Shown here: one piece after another, positions 1 through 9,009 of the stretch
Layout: each line of letters starts with the position of its first letter
Position numbering within the stretch: position 1 is the stretch's first letter
Assembly: GCA_040384705.1 (NCBI GenBank)
Contig: JAZKIU010000001.1
Location: 405,847 to 469,846 of the forward strand
Reading direction: 5' to 3'
Source: Patescibacteria group bacterium
Lineage (GTDB): Bacteria > Patescibacteriota > Minisyncoccia > Phycocordibacterales > Phycocordibacteraceae
DNA: 64,000 nt
Made by a program: the position numbers and the translations under genes
The notes under the pieces: generated by a model
What the model saw: the letters and a program-made list of their open reading frames with translations, nothing else
Told to the model about the DNA's origin: nothing
Database searches by the model: none

Positions 1-2
1 GT

Positions 3-179
3 TCCTCCCGAGAAGAACTCAGGAGAAGGGCGGAGGAAATCGCCGCTGAAGTCTCAGCCATGTCTGATGAAGAGGTGGCCACCTACATCAAGGAGAACGG
101 CCTGGAGAAGTTCATCAATCAGGAGCATACCGATCAGCTCTTGAGGGATGCGCTGGTGACGAGGCGCAATCATCCTTAG
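3..179 (+). CDS. partial hypothetical protein (C-terminal end; cassette cargo)
   Basis: Open frame from window edge, SSREELRRRAEEIAAEVSAMSDEEVATYIKENGLEKF...NHP*, TAG at 177-179, followed by a terminator hairpin. Confidence 0.55.
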   Translation, partial: SSREELRRRAEEIAAEVSAMSDEEVATYIKENGLEKFINQEHTDQLLRDALVTRRNHP

Positions 180-194
180 ACCAAGAGGAGCTAG

Positions 195-218
195 GAGCCA
201 CTCGAGAGGGTGGCTTTT
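195..218 (+). terminator. intrinsic terminator
   Basis: GAGCCAC-loop-GTGGCTTTT hairpin plus T-tract after the partial ORF. Confidence 0.6.
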
Positions 219-227
219 CCTATTGCC

Positions 228-254
228 GTTCCAACATCGTCCCAGACCCCCAGC
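228..254 (+). repeat. cassette-boundary repeat A, copy 1
   Basis: GTTCCAACATCGTCCCAGACCCCCAGC, identical to copies at 881 and 1507. Confidence 0.95.
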
Positions 255-363
255 ACTGCTCACCTCCACTAGCGGAAGGGTGTTCGAACCTTTGTAAAAA
301 GTTCACCCCGCATTATCCAAATGCGGGGTGATTAGTGGGATTGAATGTTGCAGAGGTATCGAA

Positions 364-756
364 CTAGCCGGTTCCTCCGACGACCTTCGGCTCGTAGGGA
401 AGTTCGCCGAGGTCATGGCCAATGCTGGCCAACACCTCTTTGACCTCCTGAATACCCTTACGTCCGAAGTTCGGAATTCGGAGCAAAGTCACCTCCGTCT
501 GGCGAACAAGATCACCAACGGTCTTGATGTTCTCGTTCTTGAGGCAGTTCTCAGTCCGAACAGACCATTCCAAATCGTTCAGGGGACGGTCGAGGTCGTC
601 GGTCTTTAGCGCCGGCACGTCTACCCCGCAGATCCCCATGAAGACGGAGAAGTCCTTGCCGTTGAGCTTGGACTTCACAAATGCAATAGCTTCGCAGCTG
701 CGGCACGGACGAAGTGGCGTGCAGCCCTCTTCGTGTTCACTAAACAGAGCGGTCAT
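364..756 (-). CDS. stand-alone RNA polymerase alpha C-terminal-domain-like protein with N-terminal His/Cys motif
   Basis: LDRPLNDLEWSVRTENCLKNENIKTVGDLVRQTEVTLLRIPNFGRKGIQEVKEVLASIG matches the alpha-CTD pattern; GAGGA SD; hairpin CACCCCGCA..TGCGGGGTG downstream. Confidence 0.8.
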   Translation of the reverse strand: MTALFSEHEEGCTPLRPCRSCEAIAFVKSKLNGKDFSVFMGICGVDVPALKTDDLDRPLNDLEWSVRTENCLKNENIKTVGDLVRQTEVTLLRIPNFGRKGIQEVKEVLASIGHDLGELPYEPKVVGGTG

Positions 757-880
757 GAGATGTCCTCACATCATTGATGGGTTATAGGAACAAGGTTCTT
801 CGTACTAAATAAGCATATTAAATGGGATACGTCAAGTTTGCTACGTAAATAGCGTTCGGTCTTGTGTTGGAAATAGCTCG

Positions 881-907
881 GTTCCAACATCGTCCCAGAC
901 CCCCAGC
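881..907 (+). repeat. cassette-boundary repeat A, copy 2
   Basis: Exact 27-mer. Confidence 0.95.
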
Positions 908-943
908 AATTGAAGCCTATGGACAGGTGGTATTCTTTGTTCA

Positions 944-1495
944 ATGGAATGGCTCGCAAATTTCTTTGTAGGTATTGCGGTTTCGATTGGTAGCCTGTTT
1001 GGTGTAACCTCGACACAGGATGTCCCACCAGTACCTCCCGAAATTCAGGTTGAGGTAGAGACAACGTCCACACCAGAGCCTAAAACGAACGCAATGGTAA
1101 AAGCTCAAACATACCTGGAGACACCCACCTCTACCCAAAAAACTACTCCGACCTCGATACTTGACCCACTAATCGCAGCATCAATACAAAACAAGAAGGG
1201 CGATGATATCATTCCCGATTGTACTCACACCCCAGCCGCATGCGAGCTCAATGTGTCTAAGGAGGTTGCTCTGGAAAAAATCGCAGCCCTCAGAATTAGT
1301 AAGGGTGAGATGAAATCAGAATCAGTCGTGTTGAGGGGTGGCAGTCCCTGGGTGAGTCCTGGCGAGTGCTTCGGGAAAGGTGGCGAGCTCAATCAGTCTG
1401 GTTTTTTCTGGACTTACTGGGATATATGGGGGGTTACTCAGGTAAATGCTACGACCGGAGAGGCAGAGTTTTGTCAGCTCGAAGTGTCGTTTTAA
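944..1495 (+). CDS. hypothetical membrane-anchored/secreted protein with Pro/Thr-rich linker
   Basis: N-terminal hydrophobic segment, P/T-rich stretch, C-terminal domain with 4 Cys. Confidence 0.7.
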   Translation: MEWLANFFVGIAVSIGSLFGVTSTQDVPPVPPEIQVEVETTSTPEPKTNAMVKAQTYLETPTSTQKTTPTSILDPLIAASIQNKKGDDIIPDCTHTPAACELNVSKEVALEKIAALRISKGEMKSESVVLRGGSPWVSPGECFGKGGELNQSGFFWTYWDIWGVTQVNATTGEAEFCQLEVSF

Positions 1496-1506
1496 ATAGA
1501 CATTCG

Positions 1507-1533
1507 GTTCCAACATCGTCCCAGACCCCCAGC
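1507..1533 (+). repeat. cassette-boundary repeat A, copy 3
   Basis: Exact 27-mer. Confidence 0.95.
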
Positions 1534-1572
1534 AATTAAGAAGAGGCGGTTTCCCGCCTCTTCGTCGCCGTA

Positions 1573-1965
1573 TCATGCAAACCCATGGAAGCGGACATCC
1601 ATGCCTAATCGAGGGGCCTCTCCTTCAGTCGGTATCCGAAGATGCTTTTGGAAGAGCTCCCGGAACTCCTCCGAAGGAACGAGCGGCGAGATGACATGCG
1701 CCGTCGTTGGAAGACACATCTCGCCGTGCACTGCCACTAAAGCGACTGTCCGGTCGCATGGACTGAAGATCTCGGCGCAACTAAGCAAGTTGTTGTAGCG
1801 CACCCTGAGCCACAACCCAGTCGCTTGCGATAAGTCGCCGGCGAGCGCCTCGAGGTTTTTCTGAAAGTGAGCAACGTACTTATCGCCACTCCCTGCCCAT
1901 GAGCACGTCATGTTGAGTAGATGCGCGACGAATCTGTCACGCGGCCGTTCGAGTGTCCTGAACAT
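1573..1965 (-). CDS. hypothetical protein (cassette cargo)
   Basis: 130-aa ORF with GGAGA SD, promoter-like upstream sequence and hairpin AAGAGGCGG-TTTC-CCGCCTCTT downstream. Confidence 0.65.
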   Translation of the reverse strand: MFRTLERPRDRFVAHLLNMTCSWAGSGDKYVAHFQKNLEALAGDLSQATGLWLRVRYNNLLSCAEIFSPCDRTVALVAVHGEMCLPTTAHVISPLVPSEEFRELFQKHLRIPTEGEAPRLGMDVRFHGFA

Positions 1966-2017
1966 ATCTGTCTCCGATCTGTGCCTCTAGACAGAAACCT
2001 AACATAGGTGTGTGGGG

Positions 2018-2036
2018 GCTCCAATATAGCCCGAGA
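2018..2036 (+). repeat. degenerate terminal repeat A, copy 4
   Basis: GCTCCAATATAGCCCGAGA, 14/19 identity to left part of consensus; shares upstream TCTAGACAGAA motif with copy 10. Confidence 0.6.
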
Positions 2037-2087
2037 ATTCTTTCAGGCCCGGGCTTAAGCACAGCTTTGTGGTATAATCCGCAGCAT

Positions 2088-3065
2088 ATGGAAACCACAC
2101 CCGCTATGAATGGATCGAAGACGACTCCGAAGGATTTCTTCCTCTGGGCAGGGGCGATGGTAGCGCTCTATCTTTCCGTAATCTCGTTCATCACCCTCCT
2201 CTTCGAGTACATCAACTACACGTTCCCGGACCCTAACGCGTACGCTGGCGACCCGTACTCGAGCGCCATGCGCTTCGCGATGGCCGCGCTCATCGTGCTC
2301 GTGCCGACCACGCTCGTCCTCCTCCGTCTCATCCGGGGCACTATCATGCAGGATTCTGGCAAGGCAATGATCTGGGTGCGTCGCTGGGTCCTCCAGCTCA
2401 CGGTCTTCGTGATGACGGTCACCATCCTCATCGATCTCATCACGCTCGTGAACTACTTCCTCAATGGGGAAGTCACCACCCGCTTCATCCTGAAGATAGT
2501 CGTTGTCCTTCTCGTCGCCGGGTTCCTCTTCATGCACTTCCTTGCTGACCTCAAGGGGTACTGGATAAAGCACCCGAAGAAGGCCGACCTCATTGGCATA
2601 GCTTCCGCAGCAGTGGCCCTTGCCGCCATCGTCGCCGGCTTCTTCATCGTCGGCAGCCCGAGCGCCGCGCGCGACACACGCCTCGATATGCAGCGCGTGA
2701 ATGACCTCATGAGTATCCAAAGCCAGGTCGTGAGCTTCTACCAGCAGAAGGAGGAGCTTCCAGGAACGCTCGCTGAGCTTTCTGACCCGCTCTCGTACTT
2801 CACGCTTCCTAAGGACCCTAAGACCGGCATGGACTACACGTACGAGAAGACCGGTGCGCTCGCCTTCAAGCTTTGCGCTGGCTTCGCACGCGAAGGCAAG
2901 GATATGACGGGACGGGGCGGGTACGCAGGCGACATGGCGGTCTCCTATCCATACCCGGGTCCCGATGGCGGAATAGAGAACTGGAAGCATGGGGCGGGAA
3001 CGGTCTGCTTCGACCGCACCATCGACCCAGAGCGCTATCCTGTATTCGAGAAGCCGCTACGATAA
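2088..3065 (+). CDS. multi-pass membrane protein (DUF5671-like, CPR-typical)
   Basis: TTPKDFFLW start, several TM helices, GSP..AR..RLD..RVNDL motif; TATAAT just upstream. Confidence 0.7.
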   Translation: METTPAMNGSKTTPKDFFLWAGAMVALYLSVISFITLLFEYINYTFPDPNAYAGDPYSSAMRFAMAALIVLVPTTLVLLRLIRGTIMQDSGKAMIWVRRWVLQLTVFVMTVTILIDLITLVNYFLNGEVTTRFILKIVVVLLVAGFLFMHFLADLKGYWIKHPKKADLIGIASAAVALAAIVAGFFIVGSPSAARDTRLDMQRVNDLMSIQSQVVSFYQQKEELPGTLAELSDPLSYFTLPKDPKTGMDYTYEKTGALAFKLCAGFAREGKDMTGRGGYAGDMAVSYPYPGPDGGIENWKHGAGTVCFDRTIDPERYPVFEKPLR

Positions 3066-3091
3066 CCAGTGCGCGTTAATCGAGTACCATC

Positions 3092-5974
3092 GTGGCGAAG
3101 GAACGATTCGATCATAAGGCGATAGAGCAGGCCGCCCAGAAGAAATGGGAGGAGCTCGATCTGTACACGACTGACCTCAAGGACGATTCCAAGGACCCGT
3201 ACTATCTCCTCTTCGAGTTCCCGTATCCTTCGGGCGATCTCCATATCGGCCACTGGTACGCATTCGCGCTCACCGACATCTTCGCCAGGTACCAGCGCAT
3301 GCAGGGGAAGAACGTCCTGTTCCCGATAGGGTTCGACGCGTTCGGGCTCCCGGCCGAGAACGCCGCCATCAAGCACGGGATCGATCCCAAGAAATGGACG
3401 TACGAGAACATGGACCGCATGCGCGAGCAGATACGTTCGATGGGAACGTCGGTCGATTGGACCAAGGAAGTCGTAACCTCGGACCCCGCGTACTACAAGT
3501 GGACGCAGTGGCTCTTCCTCAAGTTCTTCGAGCAGGGACTCGCGGAGCGCCGCAACGCTGCGGTGAAGTGGTGTCCGAACGATAAGACGGTGCTTGCGAA
3601 CGAGCAGGTGATGGACGGTCGCTGCGAGCGCTGCGGGCACGAAGTAGAGGAGAAGAATCTCACCCAGTGGTTCCTTACCATAACGAAGTACGCGGATAGG
3701 CTGCTCCGCGACCTTGACCCGCTTCCGTGGCGCGAGGAGATGAAGGAAGCGCAGCGTGCATGGATAGGGGAGTCAGAAGGCGCGAAGCTTTCCTTCCCCC
3801 TCCATTCCTATACTGCAGAAAGCGCAGCAGAGGGTGTCGACATGAACATGGCCATAGAGGTATTCACGACGCGTCCCGACACGCTATACGGTGCAACGTA
3901 TGTCGTGCTCGCTCCCGAGCATCCGCTCGTGGAGACGCTCCTGCCTGCTGCGCTAAACGCCGACGAGATGCGTGCGTACCGCACCGCGACCTCTCGTAAG
4001 ACGGAGCGCGAGCGCCAGGAAGAGAAGGATAAGACGGGGGTGCTAGTGGGCGGCATTATGGCCATCAACCCAGCGACGAACGAGCCCATCCCGGTATACC
4101 TCGCTGACTACGTGCTCGTGTCGTACGGCACGGGTGCGGTGATGGCGGTACCTGCCCACGACGAGCGCGACTTTGAGTTCGCGCAGAAGTTCGGCCTCCC
4201 CATGAAGCAGGTCGTCGTTACCTGCGCAGATGATCCTAATAATCCACCGCAGGAAGGATTCCCGGACGTGAAGCGCGATACCGTAATCGTGCACTTGCGC
4301 GATACGGCGACCGGGAAGTTCGCGCTTCTCGATTGGCATGGCTCGCTCGATGGCATCACCACCGCTATCATGGGCGGCGTCGAGGAGGGTCAGACTCCCG
4401 TAGAGGCAGCGCTCGCCGAGATCAGCGAGGAAGCGGCTATAGAAGGCGTCCGGATAGTGAAGCAGCTTCCTTGGATCACGGCTGCGAAATACTGTGCTTC
4501 GCATAAGAGCCAGAACCGGTGCGCGCACACGTATGCATTTCTTGCTGAAATCGACGGTCTTGAGAGCCAGGGCGAGATACCGGAGAACGAACAGGCGCTC
4601 CACACGCTTGTCTGGGTCGACGAGTCCGCTGTGCTTTCCCGTCTGACGCCTCCGCATCAGAAGCAGATGTGGCAGCTGCTCAATGAAGTCACGGCGCTTA
4701 CCGATGATGGGTATCTCATCAATTCGGGCGTCTTCGATGGCCGCAGCAATCGCGAAGCCCTGTGGGACATCGTCGCTGCAGCGGGCGGAGAACGTGTGAA
4801 GAACTATCGTCTCCGCGATTGGCTCGTGTCCCGCCAGCGATACTGGGGCTGTCCGATACCGGTAGTATATGACCCGGAGGGCATACCGCACGCCATACCG
4901 GCCGAGCACTTGCCGTGGCTCCTTCCGGAAGATGTGGACTTCACGCCCGGCAAGAACGAGAGCCCGCTCGCTTCTTCAACGGAACTCAAGGAGCGCGTCA
5001 CGAACATATTCGGTGAAGGGTGGACGCCCGAATACGATACGCTCGACACGTTCGTGGACTCCTCTTGGTACTACCTCCGATACCTCGACCCCGCCGACGA
5101 CCATGACTTCACTGACCAGAGTCTGCTCAAGAAGTGGCTGCCGGTGGATAGGTACTCGGGCGGCTCCGAGCACACCACAATGCATCTCCTGTACTCACGA
5201 TTCTTCCATAAGGCGCTGTATGACCTCGCGCTCGTACCGACCCCCGAGCCTTTCAACGAGCGATTCAATCGCGGCCTCATCCTCGGACCCGATGGCGCCA
5301 AGATGTCGAAGTCGAAAGGAAACGTCATCAACCCTGACGACTTCGTAGCGAAATACGGAGCTGATGCGGTGCGCATGTACCTCGCGTTCATCGGTCCATA
5401 CAACGAACCGGGGAATTACCCTTGGAACCTGGACGGAGTGGAAGCCATGCGCAAATTCCTCGATCGTATCAATGCGCTCAGCGAGCGCCTCACGGACGCT
5501 CCTGCAAGCGACACGCTCACCCGCGCGCTCGGTATCGCATCGGCGAAGGTAGGCACCGATACCGATCGCTTCAAGTTCAACACCGCGATATCGGCGCTCA
5601 TGGTCGCGCTCAAGGAATTCGAAGCGGCGCCAGAAGTATCGAGGGAAGCGTACCGCGCATACCTCCTAATGCTCGCGCCCTTCGCCCCTCACCTCGCGGA
5701 GCACTTGTACGAAAAGACAGGTGGCGAGGGGAGCGTGCACGAAGGGAGCTGGCCGGAGGCGGTTGTCGCGCAGTCGGATACCGCCACTATCATCGTGCAA
5801 GTCAATGGAAAGAAGCGTGGTGAAATCATGATGGCCCCGGGTGCGACCGAGGAAGAGGCGCTTCATGAAGCCATGAAGATAGAGGCGGTCATCAAAGTGA
5901 TCGGGGAGCAGTCCCCGCAAAGGACCGTGTATGTGCCTGGGCGGATACTGAATATCGTGGTGGCGAAGGCGTAG
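3092..5974 (+). CDS. leuS: leucine--tRNA ligase with inserted NUDIX-like domain
   Basis: FPYPSGDLHIGH (HIGH), KMSKS, FTTRPDTLYG, GTGAVMAVPAHDERD, RLRDWLVSRQRYWG. Confidence 0.97.
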   Translation: MAKERFDHKAIEQAAQKKWEELDLYTTDLKDDSKDPYYLLFEFPYPSGDLHIGHWYAFALTDIFARYQRMQGKNVLFPIGFDAFGLPAENAAIKHGIDPKKWTYENMDRMREQIRSMGTSVDWTKEVVTSDPAYYKWTQWLFLKFFEQGLAERRNAAVKWCPNDKTVLANEQVMDGRCERCGHEVEEKNLTQWFLTITKYADRLLRDLDPLPWREEMKEAQRAWIGESEGAKLSFPLHSYTAESAAEGVDMNMAIEVFTTRPDTLYGATYVVLAPEHPLVETLLPAALNADEMRAYRTATSRKTERERQEEKDKTGVLVGGIMAINPATNEPIPVYLADYVLVSYGTGAVMAVPAHDERDFEFAQKFGLPMKQVVVTCADDPNNPPQEGFPDVKRDTVIVHLRDTATGKFALLDWHGSLDGITTAIMGGVEEGQTPVEAALAEISEEAAIEGVRIVKQLPWITAAKYCASHKSQNRCAHTYAFLAEIDGLESQGEIPENEQALHTLVWVDESAVLSRLTPPHQKQMWQLLNEVTALTDDGYLINSGVFDGRSNREALWDIVAAAGGERVKNYRLRDWLVSRQRYWGCPIPVVYDPEGIPHAIPAEHLPWLLPEDVDFTPGKNESPLASSTELKERVTNIFGEGWTPEYDTLDTFVDSSWYYLRYLDPADDHDFTDQSLLKKWLPVDRYSGGSEHTTMHLLYSRFFHKALYDLALVPTPEPFNERFNRGLILGPDGAKMSKSKGNVINPDDFVAKYGADAVRMYLAFIGPYNEPGNYPWNLDGVEAMRKFLDRINALSERLTDAPASDTLTRALGIASAKVGTDTDRFKFNTAISALMVALKEFEAAPEVSREAYRAYLLMLAPFAPHLAEHLYEKTGGEGSVHEGSWPEAVVAQSDTATIIVQVNGKKRGEIMMAPGATEEEALHEAMKIEAVIKVIGEQSPQRTVYVPGRILNIVVAKA

Positions 5975-5993
5975 GGGCCCGAACTATCCACAT

Positions 5994-6022
5994 TTGACTC
6001 ATTTACACCTATCTGGTATAAG
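5994..6022 (+). promoter_or_regulatory. sigma70-type promoter
   Basis: TTGACT-17 bp-TATAAG with TG extension. Confidence 0.6.
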
Positions 6023-6039
6023 AATACCACATTTACTAT

Positions 6040-7149
6040 ATGCCCAAGAAACCCGTAAGCCCGAAAAAGGCCGTAAAAGCCAAGGTATCCTCGTCCGCCT
6101 CAAAGGCGGTCGCGAAGCGTGCCTCCACCAAGCTATCCTTCGATAGCACGGTTCTCGTGAAGCGCCTCCTGGCCGAAGTGCCGGAGCGCGCCCGCGAAGT
6201 GCTCGTATATCGCTTCGGGCTGGGCGCGTCCGCCGAGCGTGAGACCCTCGAGGCCATCGGCGAACGCTGGGGCATCACCCGCGAGCGCGTCCGCCAGATA
6301 GAGGCGTCGGGCATCGAGGCTATCCGCAACTCCAAGTCCTTCCGCGAGTCCACCGGCTCGTTCGGCGAACTTTCTGCACACATCGAATCTCTAGGAGCTA
6401 TCGTCCCCGAGGACACCCTCCTCAAGGGCCTCGCATCAGATGAGAAGGCGAAGAACCGCTTCCGCTTCCTTCTCGTCGTGGGCTCGGAGTTCTTCCGCGA
6501 GCGCGAGACCGACGAGTTCTACGCGCGCTGGCACGTCGACCACGGCACCGCCGACCTGGTGCACACCGCGCTTACCCGCCTCTATACCGCACTCGATGAC
6601 GAGGAGGTCCTCTCCGAAGGGGAGATAATCAACAAGTTCCTCGACGAGCTCAAGGGCATCAACTCCGCATACCAGCAGGAGGAGATCCTCAAGCGCTGGC
6701 TCTCCATCTCGAAGACCATCGGTGCTAACCCGCTTTCAGAGTGGGGCAAGGCGAACGCGCCCGCTATCCGCACCAAGGGCATCCGCGACTACGCGTACCT
6801 CGTCATCAAGCAGCGCGGCGAGCCTATGCACTTCGCTGATGTTGCCAAGGCCATCGTCGAGGTATTCGGCAAGAAGGCGCACGTCGCTACCACCCACAAC
6901 GAGCTCATCAAGGACTCCCGCTTCGTCCTCGTGGGCCGTGGTCTCTACGCGCTCGCTGAATGGGGCTTCTCACCGGGCGTAGTCCGCGATGTCGTCCGCG
7001 ACGTGCTCAAGAAGAAGCCGCTCACCCGCGATGAGGTCATCACCGAGGTGAAGAAGGTCCGCTACGTGAAGGACAACACCATCCTCGTGAACCTCAACGA
7101 TTCCAAATACTTCAAGCGGCAGAAGGACGGGAAATACACCGCCGTCTAA
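6040..7149 (+). CDS. sigma region-4-like HTH protein with C-terminal winged-helix (HARE-HTH-like) domains
   Basis: RFGLG...ETLEAIGERWGITRERVRQIE; PMHFADVAKAI...THNELIKDSRFVLVGRGLYAL. Confidence 0.8.
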   Translation: MPKKPVSPKKAVKAKVSSSASKAVAKRASTKLSFDSTVLVKRLLAEVPERAREVLVYRFGLGASAERETLEAIGERWGITRERVRQIEASGIEAIRNSKSFRESTGSFGELSAHIESLGAIVPEDTLLKGLASDEKAKNRFRFLLVVGSEFFRERETDEFYARWHVDHGTADLVHTALTRLYTALDDEEVLSEGEIINKFLDELKGINSAYQQEEILKRWLSISKTIGANPLSEWGKANAPAIRTKGIRDYAYLVIKQRGEPMHFADVAKAIVEVFGKKAHVATTHNELIKDSRFVLVGRGLYALAEWGFSPGVVRDVVRDVLKKKPLTRDEVITEVKKVRYVKDNTILVNLNDSKYFKRQKDGKYTAV

Positions 7150-7208
7150 GCACCAGCGCCTTCGGGCGCTTTTCGCTTTTACTCTCGAGCTCTTGCTATA
7201 CTTCTTCC

Positions 7209-8585
7209 ATGTCATCAGGCGGACACGGCTCGAGTAACGGACTGCCGTTCTTCGATATCGTTGAGGATTTCTTCGTTAAAGCGCATGGCCAAGGCGTGGC
7301 GATGGGTGCGAAGCCGTTCTTCATCGCGGGAGCGGTGATGCTGTTCGCCTTCCTTGTCGTATCGCCCGCGCAGACGCTGCGGAACTTCGAACTGCTCATC
7401 TTCCTCTCTCCCATCTGGATGACCATCGTCCTGGTGCGCTTCGCCGTCCATCGCTTCGTGGAGGCGAACCGAGTGGCATGGCTCTCGAAGCAGGAATACG
7501 TCCTGCTCGAGCTCAAGATGCCGCGCGATATCCGGAAGACGCCGCTCGCGATGGAGACCGTGATAACGAACCTCCATATCGGTCCGAACGAGTCGACCTG
7601 GTACAAGAAGTACATAAACGGTTCGGTGCGGCCGTGGTGGTCGTTCGAGATAGTATCGCTCGGCGGGAAGGTGCATTTCTATATCTGGACGCGCGAGGGA
7701 TTCCGCCGCGCGGTGGAGAGCTTCATATACGCGCAGTACCCGGGCGTGGAGCTTACCGAGGCCATGGACTACAGCCTCCTCTATGACCCTTCGCATCATC
7801 CGAATAAGATGTGGGGCTGCGACTACAAGAAGACGAAGGAGGACCCTATCCCTATCCGCACCTATGCGGAGTTCATAGACCCGACCTCCACGCTCGGGAA
7901 GCCGGAGGAGACCATCGACCCGCTGGCCCAGGTCATCGAGCTGCTCGGCTCCATAGGGCCGAAGGAACAGTTCTGGGTGCAGATAAACTTCCGCATGACG
8001 AAGAAGGAGAAGTATGGCGGCGAGAGGACCTGGAAGGAGGAAGGGCTCGACCTCATCCAGGAGATCCGCGACAAGGCCGTACGCAAGACGTCACGCATGA
8101 ATGCCGCTACAGGAATGATGGTGGAGGAAGAAGGATTCGGTCCGCTCACCAAAGGCCAGCAGGAGGATATCTATGCGATAGAACGCAACGTGAACAAGCC
8201 GGGCTTCGATGTCGGGATGCGCGCGATATACACGGCGCCGGAGGAAGCATTCCAGGGCTCGATGATCAGCTTCCTCATCGGCTTGTGGAAGCCAATGAGC
8301 TCCGAGAATGGTAACGGTATCGGCATCACGCGCTGGGACGCCATCTTCAACGACTATCCCTGGGAGGATAAGAGCGGGGCGCATAAGGCGCACCTCGAGC
8401 ACCAGCTCGTTGATGCGTACCGCAGACGTGCATTTTTCCACGAGCCATACAAGCTCGGATGGGCCATCATGAGCTCCGAGGAGCTTGCCACCCTCTTCCA
8501 TGTGCCGAGCGCGTCGGTGACCGCGCCATCGATACCGCGCATACAATCGTCGACGAAGGAGGCGCCTTCGAACCTCCCGCTGTAA
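7209..8585 (+). CDS. conserved CPR membrane-anchored protein (resembles N-terminal regions of type IV coupling-protein-associated proteins)
   Basis: LLELKMPRDIRKTPLAME, WWSFEIVS, FIYAQYP, SSEELATLFHVP motifs. Confidence 0.6.
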   Translation: MSSGGHGSSNGLPFFDIVEDFFVKAHGQGVAMGAKPFFIAGAVMLFAFLVVSPAQTLRNFELLIFLSPIWMTIVLVRFAVHRFVEANRVAWLSKQEYVLLELKMPRDIRKTPLAMETVITNLHIGPNESTWYKKYINGSVRPWWSFEIVSLGGKVHFYIWTREGFRRAVESFIYAQYPGVELTEAMDYSLLYDPSHHPNKMWGCDYKKTKEDPIPIRTYAEFIDPTSTLGKPEETIDPLAQVIELLGSIGPKEQFWVQINFRMTKKEKYGGERTWKEEGLDLIQEIRDKAVRKTSRMNAATGMMVEEEGFGPLTKGQQEDIYAIERNVNKPGFDVGMRAIYTAPEEAFQGSMISFLIGLWKPMSSENGNGIGITRWDAIFNDYPWEDKSGAHKAHLEHQLVDAYRRRAFFHEPYKLGWAIMSSEELATLFHVPSASVTAPSIPRIQSSTKEAPSNLPL

Positions 8586-8652
8586 TAGAAAAAGACCGCG
8601 GAATAGGTGCATCCGCGGCCTTGGCCCTTACAGGAACTCATTCGGCTTCCTC

Positions 8653-8931
8653 CTACCCGAATGTCTCGGTATCGGGTCCTGCGGGGTGGATATCCCACGC
8701 TATGACCTTCTTATCCCAGGTGGCGTTCAGAAGCTCTTCCATCGTGAGGCCGCGATTCCCTTGAGCGGGGAAGACGACCCACCATTCGTCCTCGTCATGA
8801 GGAACTTTGACGCCCTTCAGTTCGGCCTCGCCGTGCACCACCAGATGAGGTAGGCCGGCCCCATGGAGCCTCACCGATTTACTCTTGAGGACTTCTACCC
8901 TCATGTTCACGATATGGGTAGCGTCGCACAC
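8653..8931 (-). CDS. small hypothetical accessory protein
   Basis: AAAGGAGGTG SD before GTG; TTGACA upstream; CCGCGG hairpin downstream. Confidence 0.55.
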   Translation of the reverse strand: MCDATHIVNMRVEVLKSKSVRLHGAGLPHLVVHGEAELKGVKVPHDEDEWWVVFPAQGNRGLTMEELLNATWDKKVIAWDIHPAGPDTETFG

Positions 8932-9009
8932 AGAACTCACCTCCTTTCGTTTCAGCACCTATAGCATTGCAACTTCCAGGATTCTGTCAACGGTGCTATG
9001 ACTTACTTT

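Noticed and set aside
228-1533. Repeat A as a CRISPR array (27 bp, starts GTT)
   Set aside because: Spacers are hundreds of bp, variable and gene-containing; no cas1/cas2 seen
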